Virus record (IMG/VR): IMGVR_UViG_3300034156_000107 | DNA: 64,000 bases | Source: a virus | Taxonomy: Duplodnaviria > Heunggongvirae > Uroviricota > Caudoviricetes | Strand: one strand, 5' to 3' | Shown: positions 44,834 through 54,141 of the stretch, piece after piece | Position numbering within the stretch: the stretch's first letter is position 1 | Layout of the letters: every line of letters starts with the position of its first letter | The notes under the pieces: model-generated | The model's input: only the letters and a program-made list of their open reading frames with translations | Databases searched by the model: none | What the model was told of the DNA's origin: nothing | Position numbers and translations under genes: made by a program

Positions 44834-45466
44834 ATGAACGCCCAAAAAGCTCAACAACTCGCCAAAGATACCGCAGTTAAAATTGATAACCTTCAAGACA
44901 ATCGGCTTCCGGTTGTTGAAGTTTTGGATATTTATGCCGAAGATGGTTTTGTGATCGGGTCTGCAGAAATCCTTGAAGCTTTCACCAAGTTCAATACTCA
45001 AAACCTTCCGAAACGAGTTGAAGAACTGAAAAAGTCGATTATTGCTTCCATGAACGAGATGAACAAGCTTGTTGAGGCAGAAAAGGCCAAAGTGACCTTG
45101 CATAACCAAAAGATTGATTTGGAAGTGGGCAGCCTGACGGCCACTCTGTTGGACAACATCCGTGATGTGCCTGAAAGCCGATTGACTCGAAAACTTCGGA
45201 TTGGTAAAAAAATCATTTCAGAAGCGGATCAGCCACTTTTGAAAGAAGCTTATCGAAACCTTGGATTCAAACATATCTCCATTGAACCAATCAGTGACTA
45301 TATCTACTTTGATCCAGAAGCTGATGAAATCCGTCAACCGTTTCTGAGAGAGTTTCATCGTCTGACTGATAACAAATATCCTTCACTCAGTCAGTATGTT
45401 CAATATGATAATTCTCGGATTGAAAATATGGATGTGCTGTTGCATGTGGTTGGACTGAACACCTAA
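44834..45466 (+). CDS. hypothetical protein, distant paralogue of 43275..43907
   Basis: Promoter tgtgctataat. Shared C-terminal pattern IYFDP...RxxxxRF..L.D.Y. Confidence 0.7.
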   Translation: MNAQKAQQLAKDTAVKIDNLQDNRLPVVEVLDIYAEDGFVIGSAEILEAFTKFNTQNLPKRVEELKKSIIASMNEMNKLVEAEKAKVTLHNQKIDLEVGSLTATLLDNIRDVPESRLTRKLRIGKKIISEADQPLLKEAYRNLGFKHISIEPISDYIYFDPEADEIRQPFLREFHRLTDNKYPSLSQYVQYDNSRIENMDVLLHVVGLNT

Positions 45467-45602
45467 TCAGTCATTATGTAGTAAAAGGGGCTTCTGCTCC
45501 TTTTTGCATTTTTCCGTAATATAATACAGTTTTTGTTGATAGTTTTTTGTGTTTGGTGTATAATCAGGTTTCTTTCTTAAAACATATTTTTTGGAGTTTC
45601 AC

Positions 45603-46127
45603 ATGGCTAATAAAACAATCAAGGCAACATTGATTATCGAAGACAAAAACATTAGTGTTGACGAACTCAACGATCTGTTTTCCGGTGCGACCAACAAGAT
45701 CAAAGGATTGAGCTTCTTGCTCAGGGATCAAGCCCACAAAGCAAATACGCTCTGTAAATATCTGTTGACGGCGATTAAGGATGATAAATCAGCCGCCATC
45801 GAAATTGACGAAATCGACATGCCAAAGTCGCTGCCTGCCATTGTGAAGCTGGCCGCAAAAGTCGGTAACAAAATTGACCCTGCTGTTTACCGTGAACCCC
45901 ACGATATTTTCTGCCGAGAGCTTGAAAAAGCAGATGTTGTTTATGTTTGCACTCATTTCTTGGGCATGAAACTGTTTGTCACTCGTATGGAAGATACGAA
46001 AGGCGAGCAAAAAGGGCGTCACAACAAAGAATGGCTCGAAAACTTTGTTGATATTAACTTCAACAAAGATCGTAAAGGCTTGTGCCTTGATGTAAGTGCG
46101 GTTTTCCTGAGTTCTCAACCCGAGTAA
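45603..46127 (+). CDS. hypothetical protein
   Basis: Promoter tggtgtataat and RBS ttggag; ATG at 45603 in frame with the TTG track start. Confidence 0.7.
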   Translation: MANKTIKATLIIEDKNISVDELNDLFSGATNKIKGLSFLLRDQAHKANTLCKYLLTAIKDDKSAAIEIDEIDMPKSLPAIVKLAAKVGNKIDPAVYREPHDIFCRELEKADVVYVCTHFLGMKLFVTRMEDTKGEQKGRHNKEWLENFVDINFNKDRKGLCLDVSAVFLSSQPE

Positions 46128-46152
46128 TTGGTTGACGATTTTTTCAAAAAAC

Positions 46153-46192
46153 TGTATAATCAAGGAGATCTTCGGATCTCCTTTTTTTTGAG
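46153..46192 (+). promoter_or_regulatory. -10-like CTGTATAAT immediately followed by a terminator hairpin (candidate attenuator)
   Basis: ctgtataat-caaggagatcttcggatctcc-TTTTTTTT, only 10 nt before the ATG at 46202. Confidence 0.35.
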
Positions 46193-46201
46193 ATTAAAAT
46201 T

Positions 46202-46666
46202 ATGAACTTACAACTTAGACACCGTTGTCTTCAGTTTGAAACGGAAGGGACTATTGTTTACGACCCCGACCGTGGAACCATGAAGAAAAACATTGAACAT
46301 TGGGCTGTTATCACGATAGAACCGGATATCGCGGCCTACTATCGCCATCAGTTTTATCAACGGTATGGTATCGAGTTGGATAAACCTAACTGGGATGTTC
46401 ATTGCTCAGTGCTGAAAGGGTATACCAATACAGATACATCTAAGCCGTGGGGCTGGCTTGACCAACAACCTGTTGAACTGCATTACACCCATGAATTGTT
46501 CTGGAATGATTCGCATGTGTGGATAAACTGTTATTCAGCCGAGTTTTTCAAAATTCGTGAATACTATAACGTGTTGGGCACAGACCAAGGCCATATCACT
46601 ATTGGGAAGTTTAAGCATTATCAAAAAGACAGGCTAAAACCCTTCAAAAACTACGTTCCAGATTGA
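46202..46666 (+). CDS. hypothetical protein
   Basis: 154 aa ORF. Confidence 0.7.
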   Translation: MNLQLRHRCLQFETEGTIVYDPDRGTMKKNIEHWAVITIEPDIAAYYRHQFYQRYGIELDKPNWDVHCSVLKGYTNTDTSKPWGWLDQQPVELHYTHELFWNDSHVWINCYSAEFFKIREYYNVLGTDQGHITIGKFKHYQKDRLKPFKNYVPD

Positions 46667-46714
46667 TTTATTTCTAAGTTTTTGCTATAATCAAAGCCTA
46701 CTTGGAGTGTTCCC

Positions 46715-47086
46715 ATGATCAAACAAATTAAAGACAGCGTTCCTAATGAACTCTCGGAAGAATACCTGTCTCCAAAATCTATTTTTCTGGCGGTCGCTTT
46801 GTGGCGAACGTTTGGCGGTGAAATCCAAATTCGCACGGAAGATGATTTGTCGATAAAAAATATCGAACATGCGTGGCTGTCTCTGGATGGTTGCCAAATC
46901 GACATTGATGGAGCTTATCCACCTATCGTAGCACTTGATGAAAGTGATGAAGACCTTGTGTTAGGTTTAGACGAAACCACGGCCCTTGAGTTTGTGAGAA
47001 CACTCGTTGAAATCAGTGATAAAGAATGGGAAAAAGAAGTTAAAAAAGCCATTAAAATTGTTAAACGTTGCTATATTGAGGAATAA
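46715..47086 (+). CDS. hypothetical acidic protein
   Basis: Promoter ttttgctataat and RBS ggagtg. Confidence 0.65.
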   Translation: MIKQIKDSVPNELSEEYLSPKSIFLAVALWRTFGGEIQIRTEDDLSIKNIEHAWLSLDGCQIDIDGAYPPIVALDESDEDLVLGLDETTALEFVRTLVEISDKEWEKEVKKAIKIVKRCYIEE

Positions 47087-47088
47087 AA

Positions 47089-47511
47089 ATGATCATTCTT
47101 TTGCAAATTATGCTGTTGCGATTGTTCATTTTCATGAAGTTGAAAACAGAGGTCGAGTTTTCATACTTGAACACTGATTTTTTCAGGCGAGTAGGTTGTC
47201 GGATTAAATTTAACAGAACAACCAGCCAACCTGTTATTCATCCTTCATCTGGCAAGGTGTTGTATTATAAATATGATCATAACTCCTTGACGATTACTCT
47301 TTTTAAAGGTGGCATGGTGGTTGACCACTGGAAAGGTGATAAATTGTATACTTATCACAGTGTTGACTTCCAGTCATTGAACTCATCAAGTGCTTTTGTT
47401 AAAATTAGATACATGAGTTCGTTTTATGTAAAATTTGTGGAAACGATTTTACACACCATGCAAAAAAAAGATGAAAAAGTGCTTGAACTCGACGTAAAAA
47501 ATTCTGTATAA
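47089..47511 (+). CDS. hypothetical protein
   Basis: Starts 2 nt after the previous stop; 140 aa. Confidence 0.6.
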   Translation: MIILLQIMLLRLFIFMKLKTEVEFSYLNTDFFRRVGCRIKFNRTTSQPVIHPSSGKVLYYKYDHNSLTITLFKGGMVVDHWKGDKLYTYHSVDFQSLNSSSAFVKIRYMSSFYVKFVETILHTMQKKDEKVLELDVKNSV

Positions 47512-47646
47512 TAACCACTCACTTGGGCTGAAAAGCCCTTCGTATAAAGCTTCATCGCAAGTGCTAAGTAGCAGAGAACAATAACAAAACCTGCCTATTG
47601 AATACGACAAAACTGCCGATATTTATTCTCAGACAGGAGATTCACC

Positions 47647-47799
47647 ATGCTTAAAACCAAACGTATGCTTTTATTATTCCTTGCCTTGGGCTTTACTGGG
47701 GGTGGGGATCACCATCAACACCATGACCGATCACCTTCGCAATCTAAGGTTCGTCGGTGGTCTTCACTGCACTACAAAAACAAACATTCGCAGCATTAA
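47647..47799 (+). CDS. small His-rich peptide with N-terminal hydrophobic segment (50 aa)
   Basis: Strong RBS gacaggag. MLKTKRMLLLFLALGFTGGGDHHQHHDRSPSQ...; below the ORF-track length cutoff. Confidence 0.45.
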   Translation: MLKTKRMLLLFLALGFTGGGDHHQHHDRSPSQSKVRRWSSLHYKNKHSQH

Positions 47800-47936
47800 A
47801 TCTAATTTTTCTGTTGTATCTAAGCCAAATACTTGGTATAATTAACCCATCGAAGCAGCAAGGGGCGAGCAACCCAATAAGCCTTTCCCCTTGCGATTGC
47901 TCATTCGACCTTAATTGAAACGAGAAGGATACGACC

Positions 47937-48275
47937 ATGAAAGTAATGAAAATTGTTTTTGCTGCTCTTGCCCTTGTAATGATGACTGGCTGCATGTCAA
48001 CCTCTCAGTATGGCTCCTACAAAGAACGTCAAATTGAACGCAAGTGCATCGTGAATGCTGACAAACAAGCTCAAAATGCCTACATTCGCCGTCAAACTGA
48101 TGTTCGGTTTGCAGACTCTCAGAAGGAAGCCATGCGAGCTAACCAAATGTTTCAGAAAAAGATTGCCAGCATTGAAACCAGCAAAGACCGTTGTTTGTCC
48201 AATGGTCAGCGTCGGGTGTTTGAAGAACAGCTTCGCCGCACGACTAACCGCATGTATAACCGTAGCTACTACTGA
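47937..48275 (+). CDS. lipoprotein
   Basis: Lipobox LVMMTGC after a signal peptide. Preceded by a roughly 100-nt leader with competing hairpins. Terminator at 48289-48317. Confidence 0.7.
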   Translation: MKVMKIVFAALALVMMTGCMSTSQYGSYKERQIERKCIVNADKQAQNAYIRRQTDVRFADSQKEAMRANQMFQKKIASIETSKDRCLSNGQRRVFEEQLRRTTNRMYNRSYY

Positions 48276-48369
48276 TAGTAGACAGCTTAAAAAAGCCCGC
48301 CAAGTGCGGGTTTTTTGTTTATATTTTTTAAGTTTTATGGTATAATTTGACAAATTTTGGAGGTTAATC

Positions 48370-48669
48370 ATGCCTTATCATACTGCAGCACCTACCAAAG
48401 CCGTTATTCATGAATCCTATAAACTGGTTTTTGAAGCTAATGGCTATACCGCTTATGAGTGGAGTGGTCGCCTATTCCTTTATCGTAAAGGTCTTTCGTT
48501 GGCTCAACTGGTTAATGGTTTTGAAAGCTTGAAGAAAAGTTATCGAAATAGCTTTGAAATCTGGATCGACAAAGTGAAAGAAAAGGATCTCGCCAAAATT
48601 GAAAGCATTAAGGCTGATATGGCGTTGATGATTAAAGATTGTGAAACCATTTTGGATGTTCATTCTTAA
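48370..48669 (+). CDS. hypothetical protein
   Basis: Promoter ttatggtataat and RBS ggaggt. Confidence 0.65.
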   Translation: MPYHTAAPTKAVIHESYKLVFEANGYTAYEWSGRLFLYRKGLSLAQLVNGFESLKKSYRNSFEIWIDKVKEKDLAKIESIKADMALMIKDCETILDVHS

Positions 48670-48747
48670 TCATTTTTAAGGTTTTATTGTCTTTTAATCA
48701 GATAACGTGTATAATTCATTCATTAATTGATTTGAAGGCGATTAGAA

Positions 48748-49158
48748 ATGCTCACAGTTAAAGACATTCGTAGTATTTACCCAGCTAAAATAGCTTACAC
48801 AGAACATAATATGATTCGTGCAAACATTGCATTGGATTTTATGTGGGAAGAACGCTGTGCTGAGCGTGGAATCAATTATACAGGTGATCGGTCTGGTAGC
48901 TGCAAGTTTGCCGCTTTGCTTGCTCGTAGCCTGTTTGGTGGCCGTCTAGTGGGCAATCAAGAGCATGTTTTCACTGTCAGTGGTTGTGACATCATTGATC
49001 TTAATATTGTCCAGAAAGACGTGATTGACTTAAATCATATGGCCCATGTTCGTCTGGATACTGCTTTAATCCATAAAGATTATCGTGATGCCCTTTATTC
49101 CTGCTTACCCCGTGTTCAGAAATGGGAACAATGGGTTTTGGAGGAATTGAATAAATAA
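48748..49158 (+). CDS. hypothetical protein (ordered Cys-His-Asp residues)
   Basis: Promoter aacgtgtataat. GSCKFAALLA ... NQEHVF ... DLN. Confidence 0.65.
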   Translation: MLTVKDIRSIYPAKIAYTEHNMIRANIALDFMWEERCAERGINYTGDRSGSCKFAALLARSLFGGRLVGNQEHVFTVSGCDIIDLNIVQKDVIDLNHMAHVRLDTALIHKDYRDALYSCLPRVQKWEQWVLEELNK

Positions 49159-49222
49159 CTAGACTATAATTCAGTTTTTTGGTAAAATAACCCTATCATA
49201 ACGACATAAAGGATACGCCACC

Positions 49223-49777
49223 ATGACGCAAGTTAAAATCAATTTGAATAATGCAAAAGATGCTCAGTCAGCCATTAATGCTGTGTTGTCTATTCAGTTG
49301 AAACTGGAAAAAATTGTAGCGGCACTGCAGCATACCAATGCTACTCCTGACTACAAATACCTGATCAATTATATGGTCGGCCCGGTTGGTATGGCTATCT
49401 CGGTTAGTTCAACTGAGTTGACAGAAGAAGGTTGCCATTTGGGCAATCGTTTGGCGGATGCTGGTGTTTTGGAACTCAAACATGAGAACCCTTACGCTGA
49501 AATTTCTACGGCAACGCTTGATTACATGATTGATGAACACATGAAAAACAATACGCTGGTTATTAAAGGTTCTGATATTCGTTATTACCCAAAAGAACCT
49601 GTCAAAAAACAACGTTGGGCCGCATTGACTGATGATGTTAAAATCATCGTGACCAAGCTGGAACTGACTAATGAAGACCATCAGGAATTCCGTGAACGTC
49701 AAATGAAAGAAGCTCTTGCTGCTGTTGCAAAGCTTGGCTACACCATTGATGAAACCGGGACACTGGTTGTTGTTTAA
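49223..49777 (+). CDS. hypothetical protein, paralogue of 62820..63395
   Basis: RBS aaaggat. Shared segment L(V/T)IKGSD(I/V)R(Y/F). Confidence 0.7.
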   Translation: MTQVKINLNNAKDAQSAINAVLSIQLKLEKIVAALQHTNATPDYKYLINYMVGPVGMAISVSSTELTEEGCHLGNRLADAGVLELKHENPYAEISTATLDYMIDEHMKNNTLVIKGSDIRYYPKEPVKKQRWAALTDDVKIIVTKLELTNEDHQEFRERQMKEALAAVAKLGYTIDETGTLVVV

Positions 49778-49796
49778 AACAGTTGAACGATACAAA

Positions 49797-49826
49797 AAGG
49801 CCGACTAGTTCGGTCTTTTTTTTTGT
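49797..49826 (+). terminator. intrinsic terminator
   Basis: aaggccgactagttcggtctt followed by TTTTTTTT. Confidence 0.65.
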
Positions 49827-49946
49827 CTATAAAAAATCTATAATTACAGAATGTTATTTTAAAACGGAATTATGACCATCTTAAAAAACCATGTTGTTTA
49901 TTTTCTGTATTTGTTATATAATTTGGAAAATTGGAGACTTTAAAAT

Positions 49947-50513
49947 ATGTGTATATCCATTAGAAAAATTGGGCTTGGTTATGATGTTCAGGCAGTTTAC
50001 AAAGAAAAGCTAGCTGACAATTATAATTATGAATCTTTGCCCAAAAACAAGATGTTTCATAATTTTTTTACGCTGGATCGTGAAAATGTTCGATTTGTTA
50101 TTGGATCTGACAGCAACAATGGCATTTCTATGATGGCTTATACGGAATCTGTTGACACCAATAAGATTAATGACATTTATGTGCGTTATCTGGAATTGTT
50201 CTTTAAGAATCAATACGCCCCAATGCCGGAACATGCTAGAAAATCCATGTCCTCTGATAAAGAGATTACTATTTTAAATGGGGCCAGTGATTCATCAGGT
50301 GATATGGTCATTTTGGGCACGATGATTGATCCAAAAGATCCTGAAAAAACGGTTTGGATGGCTATTTTACTTTCTCCAACAAGATTAGGATATAGAGTCC
50401 CTACCAGAACGCAATACAGTCGTACATCTTCTGGTGATAGGGCAAGCTCGATAGACCTTTGGGATGTAATCGGTACAGCAGGGACGGTTGCAGGGCTTTT
50501 TAGCCTGTTCTAA
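49947..50513 (+). CDS. hypothetical protein
   Basis: Promoter tttgttatataat and RBS ggagac; 188 aa. Confidence 0.7.
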   Translation: MCISIRKIGLGYDVQAVYKEKLADNYNYESLPKNKMFHNFFTLDRENVRFVIGSDSNNGISMMAYTESVDTNKINDIYVRYLELFFKNQYAPMPEHARKSMSSDKEITILNGASDSSGDMVILGTMIDPKDPEKTVWMAILLSPTRLGYRVPTRTQYSRTSSGDRASSIDLWDVIGTAGTVAGLFSLF

Positions 50514-50532
50514 TGATTAAAATGCAAGCACA

Positions 50533-50562
50533 AAAAAAGGTGTCCGTAGACACCTTTTCTTT
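50533..50562. terminator. bidirectional intrinsic terminator
   Basis: aaaaaaaggtgtccgtagacacctttt, between the convergent genes 49947(+) and 50580(-). Confidence 0.65.
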
Positions 50563-50579
50563 TTCAACTTACCGGAGAA

Positions 50580-50702
50580 TTACATCTCCTTGAGGTAAGC
50601 ACGCTTATCGCGTTTGTTTTTGTCTTTACGTTTTTTGTCTACATGAGTAGCCGCCTTATTGACGGTGTTCATGTGTTTCGCTACGAAGTTTTGAATTTGC
50701 AT
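50580..50702 (-). CDS. small basic protein (40 aa) on the minus strand
   Basis: Reverse-complement ATG with RBS GGTGA 5 nt upstream. MQIQNFVAKHMNTVNKAATHVDKKRKDKNKRDKRAYLKEM. Own minus-strand TGGTATAAT promoter at about 50756-50768. Confidence 0.5.
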   Translation of the reverse strand: MQIQNFVAKHMNTVNKAATHVDKKRKDKNKRDKRAYLKEM

Positions 50703-50755
50703 GGTATCACCTCAATAAGTTTTGTTTGGTTGTTTTGTTTCAGTGGGATTATTAT

Positions 50756-50768
50756 ACCAACATTTTAT
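50756..50768 (-). promoter_or_regulatory. minus-strand extended -10 promoter TGGTATAAT
   Basis: The reverse complement of ttattatacca reads tggtataataa, about 55 nt upstream of the minus-strand ATG. Confidence 0.4.
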
Positions 50769-50871
50769 GGGTTTGAAAAGTGTTTTTTGATTTATTTTTA
50801 AGAAAAAGCTCCTTTTTATCTTGGCAGTTATTTGCTATAATAGCTGAAATCATTCAGTGAAGGTCGTTATC

Positions 50872-51042
50872 ATGGCTAGTTGCAAATGTGTTAAATGTGG
50901 TGGCACTGACAAAAAGGCTATCTGTGAAAACACCATGTTCGCCCTGAAAGGTGCTGTTTACATTCAAGAAAAATTTGGTGTTTGGTTGTTTGTCATTGCC
51001 CTTTTAATTGCTTCTTGTGGCATGTTTGGTCTTTTTAATTAA
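50872..51042 (+). CDS. small zinc-ribbon/membrane protein
   Basis: Promoter tttgctataat. CKCVKCGG motif, then a hydrophobic C-terminal helix. Confidence 0.45.
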   Translation: MASCKCVKCGGTDKKAICENTMFALKGAVYIQEKFGVWLFVIALLIASCGMFGLFN

Positions 51043-51106
51043 CGATTTATATTGACTTAAACATGATTTTTAGTTAAAATAGCCATTCAAATTTTGGAGT
51101 TCTACC

Positions 51107-51613
51107 ATGCTGACTGCTATCAAAGAAAAAGTATTCCTGACCTTTCAAACACTGTTTCCTGCGGAAATGTATCAGATGTCGCAAGCTGCAGTGAAAGCCG
51201 CTGAGCAAGAACGGCGTGAACGTGAAAACGCCTTTGAACATGTTGTCTTTCAAGAATTGGTTAACAAACCCGTTATTGCTGTGGGCAATGACTGGTCTAA
51301 TCCGGTTATCGGCATCGGGCTTGAAGTTCAAGGCGTTTCCAAGGCTAACCGGCCCCACCTTGTCATCAAAGACTATGTGTCTGGTGAAGAAGTCATGCCA
51401 TACGGTGCTGTGATGGAATACAACGAAACTCGTTTTGACGCCATCATGAAACTGACCCCGGCTGAAATAACCAGTCTGGTTTATCGTTATTCTACCCCGC
51501 AAACTGTGCGTGAGGATCAGAAAGATAAACGCGATTCGCGGGAAGTCATTCTTCAAAAACTGACTACCAATGGTTTCTTTGAGGCTATCGCCGCTGTCAA
51601 GACCGATGAATAA
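51107..51613 (+). CDS. hypothetical protein
   Basis: Promoter tagttaaaat and RBS ttggag. Terminator at 51613-51634. Confidence 0.7.
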   Translation: MLTAIKEKVFLTFQTLFPAEMYQMSQAAVKAAEQERRERENAFEHVVFQELVNKPVIAVGNDWSNPVIGIGLEVQGVSKANRPHLVIKDYVSGEEVMPYGAVMEYNETRFDAIMKLTPAEITSLVYRYSTPQTVREDQKDKRDSREVILQKLTTNGFFEAIAAVKTDE

Positions 51614-51716
51614 GACCGCTTAGGCGGTTTTTTCATTTTAATGAAAAATGTTGTTGTCAAAAATGATATTTTCCATTATAATCTGTTCATCAAAACACAT
51701 CACCAAGGATTAAAAA

Positions 51717-52034
51717 ATGCCTTTCAAATTTGAGAAAAAAGCATTGGTCTACGTTTCTGACACCCTGACCAGCACCAAGCGTGTTTGGGTCAATTGCACG
51801 ACTGATATGCTTTATGCTCAGGGTGAAGCTTCTGCAATGCTGAAATCTCAGTTCTACGCACTGGACTGCATTTCTTGCTGGGGTGGTCGTGATAAGGTTG
51901 ATGAGCAATGTTCTGATGGTTCGCTGACTTCTTCGTGGGAAGTCCCCGCCGAGTTCGTTCCAGCCATGCAGCACATGATCATGAAGTTCAAATGGGAAGA
52001 AGAAAATTTCTTCTTGAAAGCTGCGAAAAGCTGA
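51717..52034 (+). CDS. hypothetical protein
   Basis: Promoter ttccattataat preceded by aaaatgttgttgtcaaaaatga. Terminator at 52049-52071. Confidence 0.65.
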   Translation: MPFKFEKKALVYVSDTLTSTKRVWVNCTTDMLYAQGEASAMLKSQFYALDCISCWGGRDKVDEQCSDGSLTSSWEVPAEFVPAMQHMIMKFKWEEENFFLKAAKS

Positions 52035-52094
52035 AAATTAGCCATATCAACCCTCTTCGGAGGGTTTTTTGATTATTATACAGGAGAACTTGCT

Positions 52095-52286
52095 ATGAAT
52101 GTATGGACAGATGAACATCCAACAGAACCCGGTTATTACTGGATTAAACGGGCTGTGACTGGTAGTAAAGATATTATTTATCTGACGAAAGAAATGTTGG
52201 TTCTTGAAGTCGGCAGTCGCAAACCTATCTCATCTTATTACGACATTCAAGCATGGGGATCTAAAGTCGATGAGCCGGATGAATAA
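52095..52286 (+). CDS. hypothetical protein
   Basis: RBS caggaga; 63 aa. Confidence 0.55.
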   Translation: MNVWTDEHPTEPGYYWIKRAVTGSKDIIYLTKEMLVLEVGSRKPISSYYDIQAWGSKVDEPDE

Positions 52287-52407
52287 TCATCCATTTTTTT
52301 TGAAAATAAGAAAAAATACGGTGCTTTTTCATTTGAAAATGAGTTTTTTGTTGTAATTTTCCTCGTTCTTTGTTAAAATAAACAAACGAAATTAGGAATT
52401 ACCGACA

Positions 52408-52806
52408 ATGTTTACTAACGAATTTTTAAATAGCCCGATGGGACAAGCTGCAATGGATTACGCCGAACAGGTGTATGCGTCCAGCTATAAGGCCGAAGAA
52501 TTCACCCTCGCCCAAAACCCAGAAATGCTTGATGAGCTGGTTTCTTATCACATGGAACCAGTTTACAAGCATCAACCGGCTGACCCCTTGTTCCTTGATG
52601 ATGATGAGTTTTTTGACTCGCCTGACAGCCCAGATTTGGAAATCATCCATGAAGGTATGAGCCGTGAGCAAGCCGAAGCAATGGCAAAGGTTTCGACCTA
52701 TGTTTGGCTCGTTAACTACAAGGGTGAAGGTGAAGGTTTCATTCTCAAAGAACTGGCCTCAAAACTGAGCCGCTTCAATGGTAAATGGAACTACTCCGAA
52801 GATTGA
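52408..52806 (+). CDS. hypothetical acidic protein
   Basis: RBS aggaat; 132 aa. Confidence 0.65.
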   Translation: MFTNEFLNSPMGQAAMDYAEQVYASSYKAEEFTLAQNPEMLDELVSYHMEPVYKHQPADPLFLDDDEFFDSPDSPDLEIIHEGMSREQAEAMAKVSTYVWLVNYKGEGEGFILKELASKLSRFNGKWNYSED

Positions 52807-52917
52807 AATCAGATTTAAAGACAGCAATCTAGCAATAGGTTGCTTTTTTTTGCAAAAAATATATTCCTAAAAAAGCTTTGTTATGTTATAATCGACAAAA
52901 TTTAAAGGATATCAACC

Positions 52918-53496
52918 ATGAACGAACATTCAGTTTTGAATACGAAAGATGAACAGTTGGCTCAAGAAGTCGGTATTGCGGTAGCTCGCACTATGTTCAA
53001 AGACCACCAGAACACTAAATATCAGTCATTCTTGTTCTCTTGGAAGACGCATGGCAGTATCGTGGCTGAAATGGCATCGGGCAAACTGTTTGTTTATTTC
53101 CGCTCTATTCCAGCGAACTATGCAGCTTTGCAAGCTATCACGGCAGACGCCGCACTTAATGAATGGAATAAATTGGTCAGTAATTCACCCGACTCGTTGC
53201 CTGTTGCTGTTTTCACCGTTGACGATATTGTGGAGCAATCAAAACAGTATTTCCATCGTTTCTACGAAACACTTGAAATTGAATTCGCACGGAAATACAC
53301 GCAAGAACATACAAAAGCTAATGACCTTGACTGGAAGGTTGTTTTCAATCATTTGCACACGCCGCTTTATGTGTATAACAAAGGCATTGAAAAACTGGAA
53401 GAGATTGTGCGAGATAAAGGTTTTTCAGTAGAAGAATCTGACATTATTTTCAAAAATGTTCGGCCTTACTTGAAACGTCTTTACATCGAAGATTAA
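52918..53496 (+). CDS. hypothetical protein
   Basis: Promoter tgttatgttataat and RBS aaaggat. Confidence 0.7.
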   Translation: MNEHSVLNTKDEQLAQEVGIAVARTMFKDHQNTKYQSFLFSWKTHGSIVAEMASGKLFVYFRSIPANYAALQAITADAALNEWNKLVSNSPDSLPVAVFTVDDIVEQSKQYFHRFYETLEIEFARKYTQEHTKANDLDWKVVFNHLHTPLYVYNKGIEKLEEIVRDKGFSVEESDIIFKNVRPYLKRLYIED

Positions 53497-53498
53497 AA

Positions 53499-53530
53499 AA
53501 AGACCTAGCTTCGGCTAGGTTTTTTGTTTT
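53499..53530 (+). terminator. intrinsic terminator (duplicated at 54049-54080)
   Basis: agacctagcttcggctaggt followed by TTTTT. Confidence 0.75.
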
Positions 53531-53590
53531 AATGTTTGCGTATTTTTCAGTTTTTTGATATCATTGCTCTCTACATTACAGAGGATACAC

Positions 53591-54031
53591 ATGATGGGCG
53601 TAGGTAAATATTCTCCAACTGTCAGCACTTCCTATCGTAAAGATCAAGGTTGGTATGAAAAGAATGGCGGCGGTTTTGGCAATGGTAAAAACCCTGATTC
53701 CGATTACGATGATGATGGATACGATTCGTATGGCTATAATGCCGATGGTCGTGACCGTGCTGGTCATCATGAAAATGATTATTCTTCTAGTTTTGAATGG
53801 AATGGTAATTCAGAATGTTACCCACTGAATGAGGATGTGCAATCGGAATGGGGTGGTCGCTGTATTCTTGCCATGCGTAAAGCCCGTGAAGAAGCTGCTG
53901 CTAATCCAGAAATGCAAGAAGCCTTCCGTCAACTTGCAGAAGTTCAAGACATTCTCCGAAAAGCTGCTGAGCTTGAACGTGGGCTGAAAGCCGATATTAC
54001 AAAGGCTTATCCTGACCTTTTGCTAGATTGA
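53591..54031 (+). CDS. Gly/Tyr/Asp-rich hypothetical protein (paralogue A)
   Basis: RBS agagga. MMGVGKYSPTVSTSYRKDQGWYEKNGGGFGNG...; track ORF 53555 ran upstream through the promoter. Confidence 0.7.
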   Translation: MMGVGKYSPTVSTSYRKDQGWYEKNGGGFGNGKNPDSDYDDDGYDSYGYNADGRDRAGHHENDYSSSFEWNGNSECYPLNEDVQSEWGGRCILAMRKAREEAAANPEMQEAFRQLAEVQDILRKAAELERGLKADITKAYPDLLLD

Positions 54032-54141
54032 TTTTGTCAATACGATTAAAGACCTAGCTTCGGCTAGGTTTTTTTGTTTTAATGGTTGCTTATTTTTCAG
54101 TTTTTTGATAGTATAGACTTCTAATTAAAGAGGATACACAC

